Shown here: piece by piece, positions 25,948 to 35,677 of the stretch
Layout: every line of letters starts with the position of its first letter
How positions within the stretch are numbered: position 1 is the first letter of the stretch
Translations under genes and position numbers: made by a program
Notes under the pieces: generated by a model
Told to the model about the DNA's origin: nothing
Seen by the model: only the letters and a program-made list of their open reading frames with translations
Database searches by the model: none
Source: Pedosphaera parvula Ellin514
Lineage (GTDB): Bacteria > Verrucomicrobiota > Verrucomicrobiia > Limisphaerales > JADJPG01
Reading direction: 5' to 3'
DNA length: 64,000 nt
Assembly: GCA_943332515.1 (NCBI GenBank)
Contig: CALQPR010000014.1
Span: 27,283-91,282 of the forward strand

Positions 25948-27174
25948 GTGTCCACCGGCATACAACATCCGCCGCAGACGCTCGCCTTCTGGCGCGCGCT
26001 GTTGGAGTCGCTTCGCGCAGAGCACGCGACGCCGTTCTATCTTTTCTCCGTCGCGCCGATTCAAGAAGCGCTCAGCGAGTTGGACCTCCACTTCGGTCAT
26101 CTGCCCATCCGCCACTGGCTTTCGTTCAAGACGCAGCCGTTGCGTCCGCTCGTGCAATGGTGGCAGCAGCAGGGCCGCTGCATCGAAGTCGTCAGCGAGT
26201 TCGAGTTCCTCGCCGCGCGCGCGGAGGGATTCCCACCGGAACGCATTCTCATCAACGGGCCCGCCAAACATCATTGGTTGCCGAAGCACGCCGTGCCCGG
26301 ACTGAACGTCAACTTCGATTCACCGAACGAGGCAGAAGCGCTGGCCTCGCTTGCGGCGAACCTCGACTGGACGTGCGGCATTCGCTTCCTGACCCGCGAA
26401 GAGTTTGATCCGGAGAAGCCGGAGTTCGCGACGCAGTTCGGCCTCACGCCGGACGAAGCCACGAAAGTCATCGTCCTGCTGCGACAGGCGAAGGTGAAGC
26501 TGGAGACGGCTCATTTTCACCTGCGAACCAACGTCGCGTCGGTGGACATTTACGAACGCGCGCTAAAGGAAGTCGCCACGACGTGCGGCGCGTCGGGGTT
26601 CAGCCCGAGTTTCATTGATTTCGGCGGCGGCTTCCCTCCGCCCCACGTCCATACGCGCGGCGGCAAGCCAGTGAACGCGCAGTTCAACTGGGCGGAGATG
26701 GCCCGTGTTTACGGGGACGCGTTGAAGCTGTTTCCGGACGCGAAAGAGATCTGGCTCGAGAACGGGCGCTCGATGAGCGCTCGGTCCGGCGTGCTGGTGG
26801 TTTCGATTCTCGACATCAAAGAGCGGGGCAACGTGCGCGCATTGATCTGCGACAGCGGGCGCACCATGAACGCACTCGTCTCGAACTGGGAGATGCACGA
26901 GATCTTCACGATGCCGGAAAGGAACGGCGACACGGTGCTCTCCACGGTTCACGGGCCAACGTGCATGGCGTTCGATCAGCTCGCGCGCTGTCCCCTGCCC
27001 CGCAGTCTTGGAGTCGGCGATTGGATCATCTGGATGGAAGCTGGCGCGTATCATCTGCCGTGGGAAACGCGCTTCTCCCACGGCCTCACCAAAGTGCTAT
27101 GGCACGATGGAACTCAAGTGACCGAGGTGCGTGCTCGTGAATCCTTCGAAGACTGGTGGCGATTCTGGCTTTGA
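25948..27174 (+). CDS. Fold-type III PLP-dependent decarboxylase (Orn/DAP/Arg decarboxylase family), specificity unknown
   Basis: SFKTQP (PLP-Lys context), DFGGGFPP, LENGRSM, HGPTCMAFD, EAGAYH correspond in order to the group IV decarboxylase motifs. GTG start. Confidence 0.72.
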   Translation: MSTGIQHPPQTLAFWRALLESLRAEHATPFYLFSVAPIQEALSELDLHFGHLPIRHWLSFKTQPLRPLVQWWQQQGRCIEVVSEFEFLAARAEGFPPERILINGPAKHHWLPKHAVPGLNVNFDSPNEAEALASLAANLDWTCGIRFLTREEFDPEKPEFATQFGLTPDEATKVIVLLRQAKVKLETAHFHLRTNVASVDIYERALKEVATTCGASGFSPSFIDFGGGFPPPHVHTRGGKPVNAQFNWAEMARVYGDALKLFPDAKEIWLENGRSMSARSGVLVVSILDIKERGNVRALICDSGRTMNALVSNWEMHEIFTMPERNGDTVLSTVHGPTCMAFDQLARCPLPRSLGVGDWIIWMEAGAYHLPWETRFSHGLTKVLWHDGTQVTEVRARESFEDWWRFWL

Positions 27175-27230
27175 TCCGGCGCGAAGTCGCTTGCTCCGCT
27201 ACAATCTCTTGAAGTAGTTTCTGCTCACTT

Positions 27231-28418
27231 ATGGATAGCGATCTTCCGCCATCGAATCCGGCGTCATCATCTCCGGCGACGCCCCCACCGCCGCCGTTGC
27301 CGCCGCCTCCTATTGTCAATCAGGTCACGCCGACCGTGCTCCTGACACAGCCCAGGAAGACCGGACGCGGCTGGATGATTACCGCCATCGTGCTCGCGGT
27401 GATCCTGGTTTTCACGATCGGCTCGCGGATAGTCGGCTCGCTGTTTGAAGCCGTCGCCAGTGCCGAAGGAATCGGCGGAGCGCCACACCTTCAGGAAGTG
27501 ACGCTGGAGCACCACCAGTCGTCCGACAAGATCGCCGTCATCCCGGTGGAAGGAATTATCACCGGCTCCAGTCGCGACGGGAGCGGCTACAGCATGGTGG
27601 AATTGATCGAAGACCAGCTCAAGCTCGCCGCCAAGGATGAACAAGTGAAGGCTGTGTTGTTGAAGGTCAATTCGCCGGGCGGTGAAGTGCTGGCGTCCGA
27701 TGACATCTACAATGCGATCATCAAGTTCCAGAACGAGCACAACAAGCCGGTCGTCGCCAGCATGGGCAGCCTCGCGGCTTCCGGCGGCTACTACGTCTCG
27801 GCGCCGTGCCGTTGGATCGTCGCGAACGAACTGACCATCACGGGGAGCATTGGCGTCATCATGCACACCTACAACTATCGCGGGCTGATGAACAAGGTCG
27901 GCATGCGCCCGATGGTTTACAAGAGCGGCAAGTTCAAGGACATGCTCAGCGGTGAAAAGGATTTGGAGAACGCGACCCCGACGCAAAAAGCCGAGATCGA
28001 GGAGGAGGACGCGATGGTGAACAAGATGGTCAACGAAACGTTCGAGAAGTTTAAGAGCGTGATCGCGGAGGGGCGCAAGCTTTCCAATACGCGCAATGAG
28101 AATGCTGGCGAGAAGGGTCGCGAGTTGAACACCAAATGGACATCGCTGGCGGACGGACGAATCCTGTCGGGCAAGGAAGCGCTGGAAAACGGTTTCGTGG
28201 ATGAAGTCGGAAACTGGCGCAAGGCCGTTCAGCGAACGGAGAAGCTCGCAGGAATCAAGGGTGCCGACCTTATCACCTATCAGGTCCCATTCAACCTCGG
28301 CAGTCTCTTCAGCCTGTTCGGCCAGTCGCAAACCAAGAGCATCAAGCTCGATCTAGGCATTGACCTTCCGAAGCTCGGTGCCGGACTTTACTACCTCGCT
28401 CCAGCTCTCGCCCAGTAA
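27231..28418 (+). CDS. sppA: Signal peptide peptidase SppA (36K type, S49 family)
   Basis: N-terminal TM helix, VLLKVNSPGGEVLASDDIYNAI, SMGSLAASGGYYVSAP, ITGSIGVI. Confidence 0.88.
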   Translation: MDSDLPPSNPASSSPATPPPPPLPPPPIVNQVTPTVLLTQPRKTGRGWMITAIVLAVILVFTIGSRIVGSLFEAVASAEGIGGAPHLQEVTLEHHQSSDKIAVIPVEGIITGSSRDGSGYSMVELIEDQLKLAAKDEQVKAVLLKVNSPGGEVLASDDIYNAIIKFQNEHNKPVVASMGSLAASGGYYVSAPCRWIVANELTITGSIGVIMHTYNYRGLMNKVGMRPMVYKSGKFKDMLSGEKDLENATPTQKAEIEEEDAMVNKMVNETFEKFKSVIAEGRKLSNTRNENAGEKGRELNTKWTSLADGRILSGKEALENGFVDEVGNWRKAVQRTEKLAGIKGADLITYQVPFNLGSLFSLFGQSQTKSIKLDLGIDLPKLGAGLYYLAPALAQ

Positions 28419-28419
28419 C

Positions 28420-29043
28420 GTGAACAGCGTCACCGTCATTGCGCACCCATTGGTGCAGCATAACCTCACGAAGCTGCGCGATGCCCGCACGGACCCGGAG
28501 GCGTTCCGTCGCGGCCTGGCTGAAGTCGCAAGCCTGATGGTTTACGAAGCCACGCGATCATTTCAGACGAAGTCCGTCGCGGTCACGACGCCGCTGACGA
28601 AGACGCGCGGCGCGCAGCTCAAGCACGAGGTGATTCTCGTTCCCATCCTGCGCGCCGGCTTGGGAATGCTTTCTTCCATCCTCCAACTCATCCCCCACGC
28701 GCGCGTCGGCTTCGTGGGATTGAAGCGCAGCGAGAAAACGTTGAAGGCGAGCGTGTATCATAAAAGCTTGCCAGCGGATCTCAGCTCGTTTGAAATCATC
28801 CTCATCGATCCCATGCTGGCCACCGGGGGCAGCGCTGTGGCCGCGTTGAAGTTGCTGGAGGAACGTGGCGGGCAACGCGTCCGTCTGGTCAGCCTGGTGG
28901 CGGCGCCGGAAGGCATCGCCCGTGTCCACGAGCATGCGCCGCAGTTGCCAATCTTCACGGCCGCGATCGACGAGAAGCTGAATGCGCAGGGCTACATCGT
29001 TCCGGGTTTGGGCGATGCCGGCGACCGGCTGTTCGGGGTTTAG
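28420..29043 (+). CDS. upp: Uracil phosphoribosyltransferase
   Basis: GTG at 28420, 2 nt after the sppA stop, gives a 207-aa protein. HPLVQHNLTKLRD, VPILRAGLGM, IDPMLATGGSA, GYIVPGLGDAGDRLFG. Track start 28360 overlaps sppA. Confidence 0.93.
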   Translation: MNSVTVIAHPLVQHNLTKLRDARTDPEAFRRGLAEVASLMVYEATRSFQTKSVAVTTPLTKTRGAQLKHEVILVPILRAGLGMLSSILQLIPHARVGFVGLKRSEKTLKASVYHKSLPADLSSFEIILIDPMLATGGSAVAALKLLEERGGQRVRLVSLVAAPEGIARVHEHAPQLPIFTAAIDEKLNAQGYIVPGLGDAGDRLFGV

Positions 29044-29084
29044 CAGAATCATCGGTGGCCGTGTCCAGACAACCTCTTCCTCAG

Positions 29085-30218
29085 ATGAAGCGTGAGAATC
29101 TATTGATCGTGGCCGACAGCGAACGCTGCGCCGACATGCTATATGCGGTCGGCATGTTCGTGCCGGACCCGTTCATTTACCTCCGCGTCAAAGGCCAGTC
29201 GCACATTGTCGTCAGCGACCTGGAAATCGACCGCGCGCGCCGTGAGGCCCCACATTGCCGCGTCGTCTCATTGAGCCAGCTTCAGCGCAAGCTGCGCGAA
29301 ACCGGCACCAAGAAGATCGGGCCTGCGCAAATCATCCGGCTCCTGTGCCGCGATAAAGGCGTCAACAAAGCCGCCGTGCCGCACGCCTTCCCGCTGGGCC
29401 TCGCCACCGAACTGCTCGACCACAAGATCAAGGTCAAGCCCATCGCAGGACAGTGCTTTCCGGAACGCGCGATCAAGTCCGCCGCAGAAGTGAAGAAGAT
29501 CAGTGCGGCCTTGATGATGGCTGAAGTGGGTCTCGCCGAAGGCATCCAGGCGCTGAAGTCGTCAAAGATTGATCGCAAACATCGCCTCATCTATCGCCAC
29601 AACCCGCTCACATCAGAGAAGCTCCGCTCGATCATCGACACCGCGATCATCCAGTCCGGCGGGCTTCCGGCGAACACCATCGTCGCCGGCGGACGACAGG
29701 GCTGCGATCCGCACGAGCGCGGGTTCGGTCCGCTCCGTGCGAACGAACCGATCATCCTGGATGTCTTCCCGCGATCACAAAAGACGGGTTACTTCGGCGA
29801 CATCACGCGCACCGTCGTCCGGGGACGCGCCACGGAAGCCATCCGCAAGCTTTATCAAACGATCGAACACGCCCAGGAAATCGGACTCAAGGAAGTGACA
29901 CACGGAGCTTCCGCACGCGGGGTTCACTTGAAGATTCGGGAGTTCTTCGATCGCGAAGGCTACAAGACCGCCAAGGCGAATGGTCGCATGCAGGGCTTCT
30001 TCCACGGCACCGGTCACGGCGTCGGACTGGAGATTCACGAAGCTCCCAGCATGGGCCCGAACTCCAACGACACCTTGGCGGCGAACCACGTGGTCACGAT
30101 GGAGCCCGGCCTTTACTACTGGGACCTCGGCGGCGGCGTGCGTCTCGAAGACATGGCCCTGGTCACCAAGAATGGGATCCGCAATCTCACGAAGTTCGAA
30201 AAAGTGCTGGAGGTTTAG
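29085..30218 (+). CDS. M24 family Xaa-Pro aminopeptidase/dipeptidase
   Basis: DVFPRS..GYFGDITRT, HGTGHGVGLEIHEAP, TMEPGLYY, GGVRLED (metal ligand pattern). Alternative GTG start at 29055. Confidence 0.85.
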   Translation: MKRENLLIVADSERCADMLYAVGMFVPDPFIYLRVKGQSHIVVSDLEIDRARREAPHCRVVSLSQLQRKLRETGTKKIGPAQIIRLLCRDKGVNKAAVPHAFPLGLATELLDHKIKVKPIAGQCFPERAIKSAAEVKKISAALMMAEVGLAEGIQALKSSKIDRKHRLIYRHNPLTSEKLRSIIDTAIIQSGGLPANTIVAGGRQGCDPHERGFGPLRANEPIILDVFPRSQKTGYFGDITRTVVRGRATEAIRKLYQTIEHAQEIGLKEVTHGASARGVHLKIREFFDREGYKTAKANGRMQGFFHGTGHGVGLEIHEAPSMGPNSNDTLAANHVVTMEPGLYYWDLGGGVRLEDMALVTKNGIRNLTKFEKVLEV

Positions 30219-30419
30219 ACCCTGGACGACGCAAGCATCCGTTACGGAATAGTCGAAGTTTGAAAGACAACTAGCCACCGCTTCCGTTCGCCTCAGAAAT
30301 GTTTCGTTCCCTTCCGCAGAGTCTTCCGCTAAGAAATCTCTCGATGAATCCCCAACCCGTCCCTGCGACGACTCGTCAGCCAAACGCCGACGCCGTGATT
30401 CATTGTTAGTCTTCCCCCC

Positions 30420-31928
30420 GTGGCTCAGTCACTCCTCCAACTCCGCGCGGTCGAGAAATCCTTCGTCGGCACACGAGCTCTCAAGCCGCTCAATCTCTCC
30501 CTGGTCCAGGGCGAAGTCCTCGGGCTCATCGGCGAGAACGGCGCCGGAAAGTCCACGCTCATCAAGCTCCTCAGCGGCGTGCATTCCCCGGACGCCGGGA
30601 CAATCGAGTGGCAGGGACGCTCGGTTCACTTTTCATCACCACATGACGCGATCAACGCCGGCATCGCGACGATTCATCAGGAGCTGGCCTATTGCGGCCA
30701 CCTGACCGTTGCCGAAAACCTGCTCCTCGGCGAGCCGTGGCCGCGTCATCGCTGGGGCGGTGTGGACTGGACCCTCCTGCACGCTCGGGCCGCCACGCAA
30801 CTTGCGCGATGCCACCTGGAGATTCCCACGACGCGAACGTTCAGCGATCTGACGGCTGCGCAGAAGCAGGAAGTCGCGATCGCCCGGGCCCTCAACCGCG
30901 ACGCCAAACTACTCATCCTCGACGAGCCCACCGCCAGCTTGAGCGCGCCGGAAGTCGCACGGCTCTTCGCGCATCTCAACCGGCTTCGTGCCGAAGGCGT
31001 CGCCATCCTCTACGTCTCGCATCGGCTCGATGAAATTTTGAGCCTGACGAATCGCGTAGCCGTGTTGCGCGATGGAGAACTGGTCGCCAGCTATCCGACT
31101 CACGAAGCCACTGTAAGCCGGATGGTGAAAGACATGGTTGGCCGCCCGCTAGAACAGGTTTATCCGCGTAGCCGCTCCTGCAGGAAGGCCGCGCCGCTGC
31201 TTGAACTTGAAGGAGCAACGCGTGAAGGAATGTTTGAGAACATTTCCTTCCAGCTTCACGCCGGCGAGATTCTCGGACTCGCCGGACTCGTCGGGGCTGG
31301 ACGCTCGGAACTCGCTCGCGCCATCTACGGTCTGTATCCGTGCGATACCGGCACGATGCGGCTGAAAGGAAATCCATGGTCCCCGCGCAGCCCGGACGAA
31401 TCGCTGGCCGCTGGAATGGTTTACCTTCCGGAGGAACGCAAACGCCAGAGCCTCGTGCTCGATCATTCCCTCGGCGACTCCATCAGCATCGGGTTCTCCG
31501 ATCTTTTCACGCGCTGGGGAATGATCCGCGCGCAGGAGGAACAATCCGCCATCGCCAACGCCATGCGGACCTACGACGTCCGGGCAAAGACGGTGACTCA
31601 ACCCATCGGCACGCTCAGCGGCGGGAATCAGCAGAAGGCCATCCTCGCGCGATGGCTGGAACGAAAGCCCGATATCATCCTCCTCGACGAACCGACGCGC
31701 GGCGTGGATGTCGGTGCGAAGGCGGAGATACATCAGCTCATCGACAAGCTGGCCGGCAGCGGTCGCGCCGTCCTGCTCATCTCCAGCGATCTTCCGGAAG
31801 TCCTCAGCATGAGCGACCGCATCCTCGTGATGCATCACGGCACGATCGCCGCTGAACTTCACGGCGACGCCATGACCCAGGAGAACGTGATGCTCGCGGC
31901 GTCGGGCCTTCACCACGCAAACCGATGA
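30420..31928 (+). CDS. Sugar (ribose/xylose-type) ABC transporter ATP-binding protein, duplicated ABC domains
   Basis: GENGAGKSTLIKLLSG, LILDEPTASL, second domain LSGGNQQKAILARWL, ILLDEPTRGVDVGAK. 502 aa, GTG start. Confidence 0.88.
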   Translation: MAQSLLQLRAVEKSFVGTRALKPLNLSLVQGEVLGLIGENGAGKSTLIKLLSGVHSPDAGTIEWQGRSVHFSSPHDAINAGIATIHQELAYCGHLTVAENLLLGEPWPRHRWGGVDWTLLHARAATQLARCHLEIPTTRTFSDLTAAQKQEVAIARALNRDAKLLILDEPTASLSAPEVARLFAHLNRLRAEGVAILYVSHRLDEILSLTNRVAVLRDGELVASYPTHEATVSRMVKDMVGRPLEQVYPRSRSCRKAAPLLELEGATREGMFENISFQLHAGEILGLAGLVGAGRSELARAIYGLYPCDTGTMRLKGNPWSPRSPDESLAAGMVYLPEERKRQSLVLDHSLGDSISIGFSDLFTRWGMIRAQEEQSAIANAMRTYDVRAKTVTQPIGTLSGGNQQKAILARWLERKPDIILLDEPTRGVDVGAKAEIHQLIDKLAGSGRAVLLISSDLPEVLSMSDRILVMHHGTIAAELHGDAMTQENVMLAASGLHHANR

Positions 31929-32899
31929 CGCACGGCCGACTCTCACCCTTTCTGCGCCAGCGACTGCTGGTCCTGCTCGCCGGGAACCTCGTCTTGCTCA
32001 TCGCCATCGCCTTCACGATGAAGCAGGGCGGATCATTCACCGACGTTCTCACGCGCTGCGGCCCCAATGTCGCCCCGGTCGTCCTGGCCGGACTCGGCAT
32101 GACCGGCATCATCTGCACCGGTGCCATCGATCTTTCGATCGCCTCCATCATCGTCGTTGCGGGAACCGTGTTCGGCGTTCTGGTCGATCGCCAATGGCCT
32201 CCCCTGCCCTGCTTCGCCGCCTGCGTCGCGACGGCGTGGAGCCTCTCCGCTTGCAATGGACTGCTCATCCGAAACCTGAAGATGCCGGCGATCATCATCA
32301 CGCTGGCCGGCCTCGCGCTGTATCGCGGCCTCGCGCTGATCCTCGCCGACCTCGCCATTCCGAACTTCGGCGGCAGCCTCAATATCCAGCACGAGAGCTA
32401 CCACGCGCCCGGCAAACAATTCGCCAGCGCAATCCTTCTCGCGACCCTCGTCGGAGCCTTCGTTTGGGAATGGTTCGCCAGCACAACGCGTCGCTGGCTG
32501 GCCTTGGGCAGCTCAGAGGAAGCGTGTCGTCTCGCTGGACTTGATCCACGTTCCATTCGCCAGAGCGCATTCGTCGTTGGCGGACTGTTCCTCGGCATCG
32601 CAGCGCTCATCTACGTCACCCAGATCCAATTCATCGAGCCCGCGCGGCTCGCTCTCGGCTTCGAACTTCAGGTCATCGGCGCAGTGATTCTCGGCGGCAC
32701 GAACATCTTCGGCGGCGAAGGCAGCTACGCTGGAACCGCTCTGGGCGCGCTGTTCCTCTACTTCACCGCCCAATGGATGACCTACGCCGGCATCAGCCCT
32801 TACTTTCAGGAAGCCATCACTGGCGCGCTCATCATCGGCGTCATCGGAATGGACTGCGCGCTTCATCGCAACCGCAAGCGCCTGGAGGAACTCGCGTGA
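31925..32899 (+). CDS. Sugar ABC transporter permease (BPD_transp_2 type)
   Basis: Polytopic. TGAIDLSIASIIV, GTNIFGGEGSYAGTALGALFL. ATGA overlap with the ATPase stop. Confidence 0.85.
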   Translation: MTHGRLSPFLRQRLLVLLAGNLVLLIAIAFTMKQGGSFTDVLTRCGPNVAPVVLAGLGMTGIICTGAIDLSIASIIVVAGTVFGVLVDRQWPPLPCFAACVATAWSLSACNGLLIRNLKMPAIIITLAGLALYRGLALILADLAIPNFGGSLNIQHESYHAPGKQFASAILLATLVGAFVWEWFASTTRRWLALGSSEEACRLAGLDPRSIRQSAFVVGGLFLGIAALIYVTQIQFIEPARLALGFELQVIGAVILGGTNIFGGEGSYAGTALGALFLYFTAQWMTYAGISPYFQEAITGALIIGVIGMDCALHRNRKRLEELA

Positions 32900-33864
32900 G
32901 ACGCTGGCTGCTCCCCCTCATCCTGCTCGCGGAGATCGCGCTGTTCACGATCCTCAGCGGCCAGACGTTCACCTCGGCGTCCGATGCCGGCGCATACTTC
33001 CAGAGTTACTTCGCGGATCTCCTCTGCCAGTCCGCTCCCGTGCTCCTGCTCGCCTTCGGCATGACAATCGTGCTCATGACGGCGGGGATCGATCTGTCGG
33101 TCGGCTCCCTCGTCGCGCTGGTCGCCTGCGTCATGTCATCGTTCCCGGCGGGCACGGAATTCTGGTGGACCGCCGTCCCGCTTAGCCTCGCCCTCGCGCT
33201 ACTGCTCGGAGCCACGAATGGCGCGCTCATCGCCTGGCTAGACGTGCCGCCCATCATCGCCACGCTCGGCACCATGATTCTCTATCGCGGACTCTGCTTC
33301 GTCGTGATGGGCGACCTGGAGAAGTCTCCCTTCCTCAGCGTTCCCGCCTACGAATGGCTCGGTCAATTCTCAGGTGCCGCTCTCCTTGTCTTGCTCACCT
33401 TCATCATCCTCGCGTTCTGGCTCAATCGCTCCCGCTGGCTCCGCGAAATCCTGATGCTGGGTGGCAATCCCATTGCCGCCCGCTACGCCGGAATCCCTGT
33501 GTCGCGCCGGATTCTGCAAGTGTACTCGCTCGTTGGTTTGCTTGGTTTTCTCGCCGCGCTCACCTTCACCGCGCGGAACAGCTCCGTCAGCGCCAGCTCG
33601 CTCACGGGATTGGAACTCCAAGTCATCGTCGCCGTGGTCCTCGGCGGCACGCGGGTCCAGGGCGGCGCGGGCTCGCTGCTCGGAACCTTCTACGGCGTGC
33701 TGATCATCGCCGTCATGGATGAAGGTCTGCGTGGCGCGGCGAAGTGGGGCACGGAACATCTGCCCTTCAAGATCAGCCATCTTGAATACGTCCTGCTCGG
33801 CCTGCTCCTCGTCGTCGGCGTCTGGCTCAACTCACGAGAGAAGACGCGCAGACCGGCCGCATAA
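32896..33864 (+). CDS. Sugar ABC transporter permease, second subunit
   Basis: GTGA overlap with the previous stop (GTG 32896). TAGIDLSVGSLVAL, GGTRVQGGAGSLLGTFYGVLII. Track start 32773 lies inside the previous gene. Confidence 0.83.
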   Translation: MRRWLLPLILLAEIALFTILSGQTFTSASDAGAYFQSYFADLLCQSAPVLLLAFGMTIVLMTAGIDLSVGSLVALVACVMSSFPAGTEFWWTAVPLSLALALLLGATNGALIAWLDVPPIIATLGTMILYRGLCFVVMGDLEKSPFLSVPAYEWLGQFSGAALLVLLTFIILAFWLNRSRWLREILMLGGNPIAARYAGIPVSRRILQVYSLVGLLGFLAALTFTARNSSVSASSLTGLELQVIVAVVLGGTRVQGGAGSLLGTFYGVLIIAVMDEGLRGAAKWGTEHLPFKISHLEYVLLGLLLVVGVWLNSREKTRRPAA

Positions 33865-33975
33865 TCGAGGCGGCAGCGCAGCGCTTTCGATCGCCAATTG
33901 TAAAGATGGAGCCTCTCGAAAAGCCTCTCACATTTGTAATGCAACTTCAGTCCGGCTTCGGCGTCTTTCCTACCA

Positions 33976-34278
33976 TTGAAAGATATGCTTACGATGAAGC
34001 TCAACATTCAGTGGCTGGATTACGTGAAGGAACCGCCCACGTCCGTCCCGATGGTTCAATCAGGATTGCTCGCCCGCCTCGGCGTGGAACGCGCCGCCCA
34101 CCGTTGCCCCTCATGCAAGTCACCGGTGTATTCGCGACGCCACCAGACGTGCGGCGTGTGCGGCGACAATCTCCCGAGAGAATGCCTCTTCACCCTGGAT
34201 GAAGTGGAGCGGGTCGATGCGCTGATGCGCACGGAACGCGAACGCCACCGCCAGTGGCTCCGCCGCACCGCAGCTTGA
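33976..34278 (+). CDS. Small zinc-ribbon protein (CxxC-x17-CxxC)
   Basis: 100-aa ORF containing HRCPSCKSPVYSRRHQTCGVCGDNL. Start uncertain (several Met in the first 7 codons). Confidence 0.5.
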   Translation: MKDMLTMKLNIQWLDYVKEPPTSVPMVQSGLLARLGVERAAHRCPSCKSPVYSRRHQTCGVCGDNLPRECLFTLDEVERVDALMRTERERHRQWLRRTAA

Positions 34279-34279
34279 T

Positions 34280-35581
34280 TCACCGGCCTTCCGGCTTGCG
34301 GACGACGAGCAGCGAATTGGCGACCGTGTCCTCCCCCTGGCAGGGGTCGTTCATGATCTGGCCGTTCATCCACATCTGTGCAGACTTGCCGCCGTCGAAA
34401 TTCATCGCGTCCGTGCAGCCCAGTTTGACAAAAACTTCCGCAAGCTCCGCAAGCTTCATCCCCACCGAGAGCTCCGGCTGCCGGCCATCGACAGTCACCA
34501 GATAGATGTGAGTCGGGCTCCAGCCGACAGACGAGCGTGGATGTCGCTCGTATTTTGAACGCTGGCTGTAGTCGGAGGAAGTGCCCAGCGGCGGGTTCAT
34601 CAAAGTAAATGCCTTCCCATCCTTGATCAGCGCCGGGCCACCAGCGATGGCTGTCTTCACGTCCTTGAGATCGGGCGTCAAGGCGGTGGAGATTTGCAAC
34701 GTCGAGCCAGCTTCCATGGCGGGCAAAGCCGCCAGCATCTGTGGCGGAAATGACAGGACCATCGCCCCGGCTGCGAGGCGCGTGTTGCCGTTCGTCGATA
34801 TTTCCCGCACGCGAGCGCGATAGGTCTGGCTGGGTTGCAGAGGAAGCCACGGTCCCGTCCCGTCCTTTTCGAGAATCAACTCCCGACCGCCAATCGCCCG
34901 GGTGGCCGGCCCGTAAGTCGCCGTGTAAAGAACCGCCATGCCGCGTTGCCGTTGCTCGTTGAGCCCAAACGGAGTCTTGCTGCCATCCGGCCAGGTGACT
35001 GTGAAATCACCCTTCACGTCATCGAGGTGAGGATTCCCGCTCGCATCGAACCAGACACAAACCGTGCTCGGGCCGCTGACCAGATCGCCGTTGAAGATCT
35101 GCAAGCCGCGCGGGTCGCCGGCAAAGGTTGGATTGTCTCGCAGATAGAAATCCCCATTCACTCCCCCGATTGCCTTCCCAATCTCAGCCGGAACAGCGCG
35201 CGCCTGATCGGCAATCATGCTCACTCCGAGAACCTTGTCCCTCGCGAGCGCGGCAACGAAGGCGAGATCCTTCCTCGACCGGTCAATCTTGAGCACATGA
35301 ATCGACCAAGGCACACCAGCGACACGTTCGTTCCAGTAGCTCACGCCCTGGTCCGACTTGGCCCGTCGAATATCCGGACTCGCAGCCTGCGCGAGAACCC
35401 CGGCGGCGAGAAACACCGCCAGTCCGCTGAACCACTTGGCGGCAATGAACGACAGGCTGTTGCCTCGCGCTACACGGAGCGCTGTCGCCTGATTTACGTC
35501 GGTTGGTTTGCGCCCGGCAACCAGGGCGACAAATGACAATCGCTGAAGACAAACGCCATCGGCTGAAAACTTGGATTTCAC
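34280..35581 (-). CDS. Phosphodiester glycosidase family protein (DUF2233/NAGPA-like), secreted
   Basis: Signal-like AAKWFSGLAVFLAAGVLAQA. C-terminal VTVDGRQPELSVGM...LGCTDAMNFDGGKSAQMW is typical of the family. Start uncertain; a long pre-signal extension in the track suggests a non-ATG start further downstream. Confidence 0.72.
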   Translation of the reverse strand: MKSKFSADGVCLQRLSFVALVAGRKPTDVNQATALRVARGNSLSFIAAKWFSGLAVFLAAGVLAQAASPDIRRAKSDQGVSYWNERVAGVPWSIHVLKIDRSRKDLAFVAALARDKVLGVSMIADQARAVPAEIGKAIGGVNGDFYLRDNPTFAGDPRGLQIFNGDLVSGPSTVCVWFDASGNPHLDDVKGDFTVTWPDGSKTPFGLNEQRQRGMAVLYTATYGPATRAIGGRELILEKDGTGPWLPLQPSQTYRARVREISTNGNTRLAAGAMVLSFPPQMLAALPAMEAGSTLQISTALTPDLKDVKTAIAGGPALIKDGKAFTLMNPPLGTSSDYSQRSKYERHPRSSVGWSPTHIYLVTVDGRQPELSVGMKLAELAEVFVKLGCTDAMNFDGGKSAQMWMNGQIMNDPCQGEDTVANSLLVVRKPEGR

Positions 35582-35677
35582 GGGGCAAACAAATAACCGC
35601 CTTGGGATGCTCCAGACAATCCAGGAATTGTAACTTTATTGAAAGCGCGCTGCGGCTGACCCCGCCAACCTCGATGC

